This document shows, piece after piece, positions 30,522-39,618 of a DNA stretch of 64,000 nt. The DNA is from Candidatus Poribacteria bacterium (GTDB lineage Bacteria > Poribacteria > WGA-4E > PCPOR2b), in assembly GCA_965215015.1 (NCBI GenBank), contig OZ244042.1:2080001-2144000 (forward strand), read 5' to 3'. A program made the position numbers and the translations under genes. Each line of letters starts with the position of its first letter. Position 1 is the first letter of the stretch. The notes under the pieces were generated by a model. It ran no database searches. It saw nothing but the letters and a program-made list of their open reading frames with translations, and was not told the origin of the DNA.

Positions 30522-30551
30522 AGCATATCATAATTCCAGTTTCTGTGTCAA
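30522..30551 (-). promoter_or_regulatory. sigma70-like promoter of the leader-hisI-trpE-trpG operon
   Basis: TTGACA-18bp-TATGCT with TG extended -10. Confidence 0.65.
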
Positions 30552-30572
30552 GAAAATTCCGATGCAGTGTTC

Positions 30573-31385
30573 TCACCTAACTAACGGCTTCAAAAACTCG
30601 ATGCTTTGACGCGCAATTGTCTCTGGATCCGGTTCAAAATTGAAGACTTCGGTTGAAAGATAACCGGTGTAATTAATCTCCTTCAATGCCTCGATAATTG
30701 GTGGATAATCCACATTACCGGAACCGGGGAGATAGCCATTATCGTCGTTGGTGTGAAAATGTGCCACGTGTTTGGCGTATTTGCGGATCTGCGTGGGCAT
30801 GTCCAAATTTTCGGCGGCTGTACTCGTCACGTCAAGAATTATCTGAAAATTCGGGTTATCGACCGCTTTGACCATTTCTACCGCTGCCGCCGGTGTGTTG
30901 ATGAAATTTGTGCTTTGACTTGTCAATGGTTCCATGCACAAGATAACATCCTGTTCTTGAGCAGATTCGGCGCACGCCGCGAAGGTTTCCTGCGCATAAC
31001 GCCACGCCTGCTCCTGTGTCAATGGATCCAGTATGTTCCGTTCATTGGGTGAACCGATAACCATAATCTTCCCACCCAGATCGGCACAACACGAGATCAG
31101 CGCAAAAAAATAATCTCGTGTTTGCTCGCGAATGGCTCCATCAGGGTGATTAACGTGCAACCCCTTTGGCGAGACCAACAGCCAGTGAAGACCAGCGATT
31201 TCGATTTTTGCTGCCTCCGCTGCTTTTCGGATCCGATCTCTTTCGGTTTGATTGATGTCTAACACCGACTCTGCGAGCGTGAAAGGTGCAAGCTCCACCG
31301 CATCGTAGCCGAGTTTGGCAGCACACAGAAAGACATCTTCAATCTGCCAATCCTCAAACATTTCGTTGCAGATAGCTAGTTTCAT
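30573..31385 (-). CDS. sugar phosphate isomerase/epimerase (D-psicose/D-tagatose 3-epimerase-like)
   Basis: G.DAVELAP, CMEPL, HFH.ND...PGSG and Y.GYLSTE motifs. Confidence 0.9.
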   Translation of the reverse strand: MKLAICNEMFEDWQIEDVFLCAAKLGYDAVELAPFTLAESVLDINQTERDRIRKAAEAAKIEIAGLHWLLVSPKGLHVNHPDGAIREQTRDYFFALISCCADLGGKIMVIGSPNERNILDPLTQEQAWRYAQETFAACAESAQEQDVILCMEPLTSQSTNFINTPAAAVEMVKAVDNPNFQIILDVTSTAAENLDMPTQIRKYAKHVAHFHTNDDNGYLPGSGNVDYPPIIEALKEINYTGYLSTEVFNFEPDPETIARQSIEFLKPLVR

Positions 31386-31408
31386 GATCAACTCCTGATT
31401 CCGTTGAA

Positions 31409-32005
31409 TTAAAGACCTTCTTGCCACCGTTGGATGAGATTTGCATCAATGTCAAACTGATCCAGTACCTTCGTGACGACGAAATTAATCATATCATCAA
31501 CCGTTTTGGGGAAGTGGTAAAAGCCCGGCATCGCAGGAAGCACCACCGCACCGAGTTGGGACAACTTGAGCATATTCTCGAGATGGATGGCACTCAGCGG
31601 CGTCTCACGGGGCACGAGGACCAATTTACGCCGCTCCTTGATGCAGACATCGGCAGCGCGATGGATGAGGTTTCGGGAAATGCCTGCGGCTATTGCGCCG
31701 ATAGTCCCCATGCTGCATGGCGCAACGACCATACCCACAGTGCGGAAGGAGCCGCTGGCAATTGAGGCCCCGATGTCGGACTGATGGTGATAAATCACCC
31801 GATCTGAAGAATAGCCAATTAAGGATTCAAGGCAGAAATTGCCCAGATCCACACAAATCTGCAGCTCTTCCCACAACGCCCTTGCGCCGGAGTCGGAAAT
31901 CGTCAAATGAATTTCAGTGCCATCACATCGGGTGAGGATCTCCAGCAGACGCACACCGTAGATAACGGCACTCGCTCCTGTTATTCCGAGAATTATACGT
32001 TTCAA
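31409..32005 (-). CDS. ubiX: flavin prenyltransferase UbiX
   Basis: GITGAS, IASGSF, PCSM, RAADV..KERR and PRETPL motifs. Confidence 0.95.
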   Translation of the reverse strand: MKRIILGITGASAVIYGVRLLEILTRCDGTEIHLTISDSGARALWEELQICVDLGNFCLESLIGYSSDRVIYHHQSDIGASIASGSFRTVGMVVAPCSMGTIGAIAAGISRNLIHRAADVCIKERRKLVLVPRETPLSAIHLENMLKLSQLGAVVLPAMPGFYHFPKTVDDMINFVVTKVLDQFDIDANLIQRWQEGL

Positions 32006-32121
32006 CCAACCCTCCGGCTTCTAAGACGTAATGTGTGAAAGTCTGATTCGCCCCTTAATCAGTCTGTGAAAAGCAGTGTTTGGGGTTTCCTTTGAGGGTT
32101 CAACTGCGTAAGTCCTAACTC

Positions 32122-33378
32122 TTAATGGAACGGCGGTAGGTTGCCATCAGTGTCAAACGTGAATGGTTTCAGTTCGCCGACGACCTCCAGATCGGTGCGG
32201 AGTTTTGCGTCTTCGAGCAGAGCTTCGGAGATGTCCACCTCTGCTAGACCGAGGGTGCTTTCAATTCGCACCACTTTTGTCTCTTCGGGTGGAGTCAGTC
32301 CAACTGTGTTCAATGCAACCTCAATAGCCTCCCGGTCCGTGTCGTAATAGAAGGGCGTTTTCGACTTCTGAGGTCCCATCCCGGTGATGCCATTCATGTA
32401 CGTAGCGTGCCGATCCATCTTTTCCACAAGGCGCGTCGTAGTGAAGTCTGCCAACCCAACACCTGTCGCGTTGCCGTCGCTATCGTCTGTCAAATCTCGG
32501 ACAAAAATTCGCACAATCGCAGGCTTCTCCGGCTCCGGTTCAAGGATCTGCATCATGCGCCCGATGATGTTGGTATCCATCCCGGTCCCGCTGATGTTCT
32601 TACCCATCCAATCCACGATTAAAAGATCGAAGGCATCAAACGGAAGGCGTCCCATCAACGACTTGGATTCGACGAGGAGTTCTCGTTCGCGACGCATTAT
32701 CTCATCAGCGCGCATCGCGGCAACCCTCGCTGTCTGTTCGTGTGCGTTTTCGACCAACCCAACGCCAAAAGCGACCTTCCCGGCATCTAAGAGCAAACCG
32801 GTTACGGTCCGAATAACATGCTCAAACCCGTAATGGAAGAAGGCGCGGTGGTACATATTCGCACCGTGCTGCTTACCAAATCCAATCGTCAACATCTTCA
32901 GCAGACCGCTCTCGATCGTGCCGCTGAAATCGGTGTGCGCTTTAATCCGATTGATTGGGACAATATGATCTGCGTCGGCGGCGTGGGTGTCAAGGAAAAC
33001 CGGCAACCCATCGGCGGTCTGACCGATTTCAACAACCTCCATCGTCGCCTTGATCGGTGCCCCGACCGTCTCTTCGGTGACGCCGTAATGCTCCAGTACG
33101 GCTCGCTGTCCTTCCGCGGTTGCACCGCCGTGGCTCCCCATCGCTGGCACAACAAACGGTTTGGCACCGATGCCCTTGAGGTAATCCACCGTTGCCTTAA
33201 TGACGACAGCAATGTTTGCAACGCCGCGGCTGCCACCGCCAATAGCGACGCTATCCCCTACCCCGATAATTGATGCCGTGCCAATCTGATCCAATTCCGC
33301 TCTAACTGCTGCGGGTAAATCTGCGAGGACAGGGGCATCAAAATGTTGTTTTATACGAATCATTCTTGGTAGTGCCAT
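32122..33378 (-). CDS. lactate racemase N-terminal-like (DUF2088/DUF362) protein
   Basis: GSRGVAN, PAMGSHGGATAEGQ, NRIKAHT and GKNISGTGMD.N motifs. Confidence 0.85.
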   Translation of the reverse strand: MALPRMIRIKQHFDAPVLADLPAAVRAELDQIGTASIIGVGDSVAIGGGSRGVANIAVVIKATVDYLKGIGAKPFVVPAMGSHGGATAEGQRAVLEHYGVTEETVGAPIKATMEVVEIGQTADGLPVFLDTHAADADHIVPINRIKAHTDFSGTIESGLLKMLTIGFGKQHGANMYHRAFFHYGFEHVIRTVTGLLLDAGKVAFGVGLVENAHEQTARVAAMRADEIMRRERELLVESKSLMGRLPFDAFDLLIVDWMGKNISGTGMDTNIIGRMMQILEPEPEKPAIVRIFVRDLTDDSDGNATGVGLADFTTTRLVEKMDRHATYMNGITGMGPQKSKTPFYYDTDREAIEVALNTVGLTPPEETKVVRIESTLGLAEVDISEALLEDAKLRTDLEVVGELKPFTFDTDGNLPPFH

Positions 33379-33720
33379 TGGTTTAGGCCTCCATATCTGT
33401 AAAATGTTGCTACCATGTTACCAGAAGTTAGGGTGAATAACAAGAGAAATCTGATGCCCTTTTGATTTCGTTTCTATGCCATGTTGTTCCATGTTCCGTC
33501 CAATCCCCCATAAATACTGAAGTTTCCATGCCCAGAAACCCTACTCTACGGAAAAACGCCCACTTATTCCCCCAACAACGCTACCCCACCGATTTTCCGT
33601 CGTTTATTTAAGTAGGTATTACGCCCTTGAGTGTATAGTAGCGCGTTCATTGCGGTTCTTTAATGTAGTAGACATACGGCGTATACCGTCCCCCGCCTAC
33701 GTTCTTTCCCCCCCACCAAC

Positions 33721-33986
33721 AAATTCCCCCCGCTTGCGGGGGGTTAGGGGGGGTAGAGCACGGTCTGCCGGCACCTTTAGAATCCACTAGAGTTGCCAGA
33801 TTCATCGTAAGATAAGGTGCAAATCAACGCGCACTAAAATATCCGTCCACTTGAAATTCCCCCCCGCTTGCGGGGGGTTAGGGGGGTAGAGCACGGTCTG
33901 CCGGCACCTTTAGAATCCACTAGAGTTGCCCGATTCATCGTAAGGTAAGGTGCAAATCAACGCGCACTAAAATATCCGTCCACTTG
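33721..33986 (+). repeat. tandem duplication of about 133 bp including the last aroF codons
   Basis: 33721-33853 and 33854-33986 are near identical; both end CTAAAATATCCGTCCACTTG. Confidence 0.9.
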
Positions 33987-34986
33987 CCTCAATGAACGGT
34001 TGAAGTTCCTTAACCAATCGCCGGAATTTATCTGGGCGAAGCGATTGCGCTCCATCAGACAACGCGTTTTCAGGATCCGGATGGACCTCAATCATCAACC
34101 CATCCGCGCCTGCAGCGACCGCAGCTTTTGCCATTGGATTGACATATTCCCAATGCCCCGTCCCGTGGCTCGGATCGGCGATAATGGGCAGGTGACTCAT
34201 TTTCTTGATTACCGGAATTGCGTTCAGGTCAAAAGTGTTCCGGGTCACCGTTTCAAACGTACGGATGCCTCGCTCGCACAGGATGACGTTGTAATTCCCC
34301 TCGGAAAGAATGTATTCTGCTGAAAGTAGAAGTTCGTTGACTTCCGACATCATGCCCCGTTTGAGCATCACGGGCTTTCTCGTTTCACTGAGGCGTGAGA
34401 GGAGGCCGTAGTTCTGCATATTCCGTGCCCCGATTTGGATGATGTCGGTGTACTGCTCAACAAGCCGGAGGTCATGGCTATCCATCAATTCTGTGATAAT
34501 CAAGAGCCCGGTTTTGTCTCGCGCTTCGGCGAGGTGCTGCAGACCTTCCTCCCCAAGTCCTTGAAAACTATACGGCGATGTGCGCGGTTTGAACGCTCCG
34601 CCTCGCAAGATCTGTGCGCCCGCCTCCTTGACGATTTCTGCCGATTCCAAAATCTGCTCCCGACTTTCAACAGAGCAGGGACCTGCCATCAAGATTAACG
34701 TATCACCGCCGATTTCAACCTCTCCGACCTGTATCTTCGTTCTTTCGCCAGGCCGAATCTCGCTGCTTGAGAGCTTGTACGGTTCTAGGATTGGTACAAC
34801 TTTATCAACACCGCGCATTGACTCTAACTGCTGCAACTCGTGCTTACCGCGTTCATCTCCAATCGCTGCGATGACAGTACGCTCTGTACCCTGAATCGGG
34901 TGGGGTGTGTAGTTGAGTGCTTTGATTTGAGCGATGACCGCGTCAATATATTGCTGTTCCGCTCCTGCTTTCATAACGATGACCAT
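33967..34986 (-). CDS. aroF: DAHP synthase (class I-beta, with N-terminal regulatory domain)
   Basis: [41 protein letters not shown] and DPSH motifs. Start at ATG 34986. Confidence 0.95.
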   Translation of the reverse strand: MVIVMKAGAEQQYIDAVIAQIKALNYTPHPIQGTERTVIAAIGDERGKHELQQLESMRGVDKVVPILEPYKLSSSEIRPGERTKIQVGEVEIGGDTLILMAGPCSVESREQILESAEIVKEAGAQILRGGAFKPRTSPYSFQGLGEEGLQHLAEARDKTGLLIITELMDSHDLRLVEQYTDIIQIGARNMQNYGLLSRLSETRKPVMLKRGMMSEVNELLLSAEYILSEGNYNVILCERGIRTFETVTRNTFDLNAIPVIKKMSHLPIIADPSHGTGHWEYVNPMAKAAVAAGADGLMIEVHPDPENALSDGAQSLRPDKFRRLVKELQPFIEASGRIF

Positions 34987-35027
34987 GATATATCTCCTTG
35001 CAATCCGTTTCACCTTCTAAGAGGCGG

Positions 35028-36608
35028 CTATTTTTTACATAGGTTCAGCCGCTCAACTCCTTCAGATTCTATACGCAGCTCCCTCCAATCTGACTCTGCT
35101 TCTATATCTGTCTTAGGGCGCCAAGAAAAGGATAACGTCGAATCGCCGCCATTATAAAATAACACATCCCCTTGACCGTCTACAGGCGGCCGAATAAGTG
35201 ATAAGAGATTCTGTGGTAGGTGATTTTTGCCCTCCTGCGCCTGCACTTCCAGTGTTGGCACAACCGCGCTCTGCAGCTCACGCGTACCGAGCAGAAGTGG
35301 ACCGTAGCACGAGGTGACCGCTCCATGCCCCCAATTCCGCCCGTGCCCCGCTGCGACTGAGCAGATAGCACCGCCCATATCCGCGTGTTCCCTGCCACCC
35401 CGAAGCACTCTCCGGGCTATCCTCAGACGTGTCAATGCGCTTCGGAATGCCCGCATAGCAAACTCCGGGCTACCGGTGATCTGGTAGGCGAGCGTCATGG
35501 CTGCTGTCGACGGCTCCCGGATTGGCTGCACGGAACCGTCGTCTGACCATTCACCCCAATATGCCATATCTGCTCGGCGACCAACGCCCAGCTCCCGGCG
35601 ACGGACCTCCTGCGGAAAGATGAGCGCGAGGTGCTCCGGGGCGGGCGGCACCCCATCTAGCTGATCGCGAATACACGAATCAAAAGCAGTATCCCCGAAT
35701 GTCCAACGATAGTAACTGATCGCGGCAGCACCGGGGTCGTGGTACGGGTCAAGTACGGATTCAATCAGGGGTTCAACAATTCGCTTTGCCGCATCTCTGA
35801 AAATCGTATCCCCCGACAGATGGTAGAGATCTCCCAACGCATAAATCGCTCCGGAAGCGAGCAGGTTCTCAATTCCCGCCAATGGATCGCCTGAAAGGTG
35901 ATGCGTGCCGTGAGCAGCTATCCGGTGTAGCTTTCTGGCTTCAACCTCTGATTCGCCTAAGCCATTTCCATCCAAATCCCAGAGCAGCGGCATTGGCGAT
36001 TTGGCAGCGATAATCCGTTCTGCCCGTTTCCGACCATATCGCAACGACCAATCGAGGTAACGTTCCTCTCCCGTAATCCGATATGTTGCCAGGGAGATGT
36101 GGATGAATCGGAAGTGTTCGGCAACCTCGTATGCTGTCTCTCTGTCATTGTGAACCGTTCGGCTCCCGATGTAGTAGCCGCAAAACGTATCGCGAGCATA
36201 ATCGTACCAAGCGGGAATCTCCTCGACCCAATTCCCGATGTGCTCAGCGGCATCCACCAGCATTGAGCGTGCTTCCTGATCGTCCGGTACAAGATCTATG
36301 TATCGCGGCAAGAATAGCAGAAATGGCTCCGTGCCGTGATGTGCCTCTGCCTCCGGTTCATAACCGTGCAGACATTCGCGTTCAACCCAACCCGCCAATG
36401 CGGATTTCAGGTCCCCGAAATGTTTCAAAACGGTTTTATCACCGGTCACAAGGTAGTGCGGAAACCACGCTAGGGTATAATTGGCTTCATCTTCGCCGCC
36501 GCCGTTTGGTCCGGGGGGATCGAGAGCCATACTCTGCTTCAGCCACTGATCCATCTCTTTGCGGAGATCTATGTAGTATTTGTAGCATTCTTGAAGGGTA
36601 TTGTCCAT
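35028..36608 (-). CDS. hypothetical protein, possible alpha/alpha-toroid fold
   Basis: 526 aa with repeated Y..TG...Y helical-hairpin motifs. Confidence 0.8.
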   Translation of the reverse strand: MDNTLQECYKYYIDLRKEMDQWLKQSMALDPPGPNGGGEDEANYTLAWFPHYLVTGDKTVLKHFGDLKSALAGWVERECLHGYEPEAEAHHGTEPFLLFLPRYIDLVPDDQEARSMLVDAAEHIGNWVEEIPAWYDYARDTFCGYYIGSRTVHNDRETAYEVAEHFRFIHISLATYRITGEERYLDWSLRYGRKRAERIIAAKSPMPLLWDLDGNGLGESEVEARKLHRIAAHGTHHLSGDPLAGIENLLASGAIYALGDLYHLSGDTIFRDAAKRIVEPLIESVLDPYHDPGAAAISYYRWTFGDTAFDSCIRDQLDGVPPAPEHLALIFPQEVRRRELGVGRRADMAYWGEWSDDGSVQPIREPSTAAMTLAYQITGSPEFAMRAFRSALTRLRIARRVLRGGREHADMGGAICSVAAGHGRNWGHGAVTSCYGPLLLGTRELQSAVVPTLEVQAQEGKNHLPQNLLSLIRPPVDGQGDVLFYNGGDSTLSFSWRPKTDIEAESDWRELRIESEGVERLNLCKK

Positions 36609-36630
36609 TAAGTCCTCTCACAGATTAAGG

Positions 36631-37644
36631 TCAAGCATCTGACGGGGCCGGCAATTCAGGGATGTACTGATATTCCGGATCCGTCTTCTGTTTCTTTAGT
36701 ATTGTAATAATCTGCTTCCAAGTTTTATAAAGACCGACTGGGCAGTGTGGGAGCTCGTGCTTGATTAGCTGATGCAGTTTTCCTAGGTTGTAGCATGGAA
36801 CTGCAGCATACATGTGATGTTCCGTGTGAAAATTCATGTGCCAGTATAGGAACTGGATCAACGGATTCAGGATAATCGTCCGGCAGCAAAGCCGGAAATC
36901 CGGCACATTGTCCTGAAGCCCTACATGTTGAGTGGTGTTGCAGAGGTAAAGCAACCAGCCACCGTACCCCGGAGCCAACGTAATAAGAACCGGCACCAGC
37001 CAGAAACCGAAGTAGAGCGAGACACCAACAATCAGGGCGTGACCCACGAGCTGAATACGAGCCCAGTTGAACAACTCTCGTCGCTTCTCCATATCCGATT
37101 CAGGGAACATGACCGTTGCCTCATGATCCTCCAGCTTGCCGAAACTGAGCCGAATGATTAGCTTCCACCGCGCATAGAATCCCCACGGGTTCACAACCGC
37201 ACTTTTGAGGAAGCCGGTGAATGTCAATTTTACCGGGAACACCACTTCATAATCGTCCGGAGGGTGCAGGGTGTATTTGTGATGATCAGAGTGGCTCGCC
37301 CAGAACCGAACGTGGTTATACAGACCAAGAAAGCTAAAGATTCTCAGGAAGAAGGTATTCAAGAATTTCGTCTTGAAAACCGTGTTGTGACAAAGCTCAT
37401 GGAATCCGTTCAAGAGGAATGCGTAGACGGTCCCATGGAGAAATAGAATCAGCAATAATACCGGCAAAGGAAAGCGCGCTGCGGCATAGAAAGCACAGAT
37501 TCCTGTCAGCGTGAGCAATCCGAGATGACCAAGAGTTTGGAGCATTCCTTTCCAGTCGCTGCGTTGGTTAAGGGATCTGAGCACTTCACGATCAATCTGC
37601 GGTTTGTACCAAGTAATTTTTCGTTGATTTAGGGCATTTTGCAT
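36631..37644 (-). CDS. fatty acid desaturase family membrane diiron enzyme
   Basis: His boxes HELCH, HSDHH and HTEHH. Confidence 0.9.
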   Translation of the reverse strand: MQNALNQRKITWYKPQIDREVLRSLNQRSDWKGMLQTLGHLGLLTLTGICAFYAAARFPLPVLLLILFLHGTVYAFLLNGFHELCHNTVFKTKFLNTFFLRIFSFLGLYNHVRFWASHSDHHKYTLHPPDDYEVVFPVKLTFTGFLKSAVVNPWGFYARWKLIIRLSFGKLEDHEATVMFPESDMEKRRELFNWARIQLVGHALIVGVSLYFGFWLVPVLITLAPGYGGWLLYLCNTTQHVGLQDNVPDFRLCCRTIILNPLIQFLYWHMNFHTEHHMYAAVPCYNLGKLHQLIKHELPHCPVGLYKTWKQIITILKKQKTDPEYQYIPELPAPSDA

Positions 37645-37720
37645 AGGACATATTTCCTTTCAATTTAGTGGTAAACTGGGAGGTACAAATTTGCCCCTAT
37701 CATAGCTTACAGTGTGCACT

Positions 37721-38647
37721 TTACCCGCCTGCCTCCACTTGCTTTATCAGCTGTCTGAGATTAGCAAAGTGAATTCGCATCGCGACTGCGCCAGAGCCAT
37801 TCGGTGGGAGGTCATGTGTGGCAACTGCGAAAACGACATCGCAGCGGTGGCCGCGGAGGTTGCACAGCACCGTCAGGTAATCGACATCACCTGCGCCTAA
37901 AGGACAGTACTCAAAATCAAGTTTGAAGCCATCAATGACGCGCAAATCCTTCACATGGAGCGAATGAAGATACGGGCACACATTAATAAAGCCTACCGTT
38001 GCTGAATCCGATTCCCCGGCGATCAGATTATCGGACGGATGCCACATAATTTTCATCCGATCGGACCCGACCCGTTCAACCAGAGCACGACAGTGGCTGG
38101 TGGTTTTAGTATAGTGCCACAGATTGCCGAGGACAACATCAATATTATATTTTTCAGCTTGATCTGCCACGATCGAGAACACTTTGACCAATTTTTCCAT
38201 ATCAACGTCAGCGATGATACTCCCCGCGTCAGCCAACGCATTGGCCAGGGCGGCTTGCCGGCTGAATATTCGCAGGGCCAAGCAAAAGCGTAAGCCAACA
38301 CAGAATCCGCACCGAGACGGTTAGCAGCTCGCATGCTCTGAATGAGGAGGTTGAAGTCTTTGCGAAACTCAGGATCGTCCTGCGGTATTTCTCATTCCAG
38401 ATCCGCCAAGTGGATTTTACTGAACGCACCACCGGTGCCAATCATAAACAGCTTGACTCCATGCCGGGCAGCACACTCACCAAGCCTATCGACGCCGGCA
38501 TCGGTTACTTCGCCGCTGATTGCCCAATCAAGGTCAGTGAACCAACCATACTCTGCACAGAAGCTCCGCCGCGAGGGCAAGTTCTTGGTCAGAGGGTAAC
38601 CCCGTCAGTTGAAGGAACATCTCAATTTTGAATCGGTAGTCGCTCAT
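37721..38647 (-). pseudogene. sugar phosphate isomerase/epimerase, multiply frameshifted
   Basis: Domain pieces lie in different frames (38392-38580, 38053-38334, 37721-38281); LHVKD and G.GDVDY motifs. Confidence 0.75.
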
Positions 38648-38724
38648 CGGTTATTGTCTTCTGTTTACGTTGTCTTAGGCACTATATTGATATACTAATT
38701 ATACCATAAAATTTTCAAAAATTC

Positions 38725-38895
38725 CTAGGTTCTGTTGACATTTGGCAAATTAAACCAATTTTGATGTATCCCCGATGAGATCGAGATTCAAAGCAACTTG
38801 AGGCTATTTCGGACAACTGCCTCGGTTTTTGGCGGGTAGCGCAATGCTTACAGTGTTACTCAAATTCACAACAGCAAAATGTCAACGTATCCTAG
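38725..38895 (+). mobile_element. MITE with CTAG flanks (IS5-like ends)
   Basis: CTAG-GTTCTGTTGACATT ... AATGTCAACGTATC-CTAG. Confidence 0.75.
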
Positions 38896-38923
38896 CAACT
38901 TAGGTTAGTTAAGACTTACGCAG

Positions 38924-39618
38924 TTGACCCCTCGAAGCCAACACCGGAAAAGGGCACACAATGTTCCGTTCAATGATTACGCATCTCCACAATTTTTTCA
39001 GCGCGGTATTAACGCCATTAAGCGAGCGAACCGTAAACATTCACGAAAGGTTAGAGGGTCAAAGAATCGGCAACGGGCAAGGGTCAACCAAGCGAGAAAA
39101 CACCGTAAGATTGCGAGCCAGCGACAAGACTTCCACCGGAAACTTGCCCATGACCTCACAGACAGATGCTACTGGCTTTCACTGGAGATCCTCAACCAGT
39201 ATGAAACGCTTTTGGGGACGTCAGGCCTCTGACTTCGGTTTTCTGACTTTGTGCAGAAACTCAAGCACATTGCCTAAAAGAAGGATAGAGACATCCGTTT
39301 CATTGTGATAAATGGTATCCTTCATCAAAGACTTGTCATGTCTGTGGCGCAATCAATCCAGACCTAAACCTTCGTGATTAGAACCCGGCAGTGTCCAAGT
39401 TGCGATACACAGTTGGATAGAGACCGCAACGCGGCGATCAATATCCATCGGGTAGGGGCGTCTACCTTCTCAGGAGAAGTGATAAGTCCATCTTCCAATG
39501 GCTCACTTTGACGGTTGTTAGGCTGTTCGTTAGGTGAAACCGAACAGACAGGATAGAGCAATTCCGCTCTAAAGAAACAAGTAAGAACCCCAAGCCTTTA
39601 GGGGTGGGAGTACGTCAA
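38924..39618 (+). mobile_element. tnpB: IS200/IS605-family remnant: decayed tnpB 3' part plus right end
   Basis: SRKVRGSKNR.RAR...[19 protein letters not shown] and DRDRNAAINI across frameshifts; right-end hairpin CCCCAAGCCTTTAGGGGTGGG followed by AGTACGTCAA. Confidence 0.88.

Noticed and set aside
31409-33378. ubiX plus LarA-like gene as a novel cofactor pathway
   Set aside because: No ubiD or larBCE in the window and a MITE remnant separates the genes; adjacency alone is insufficient.
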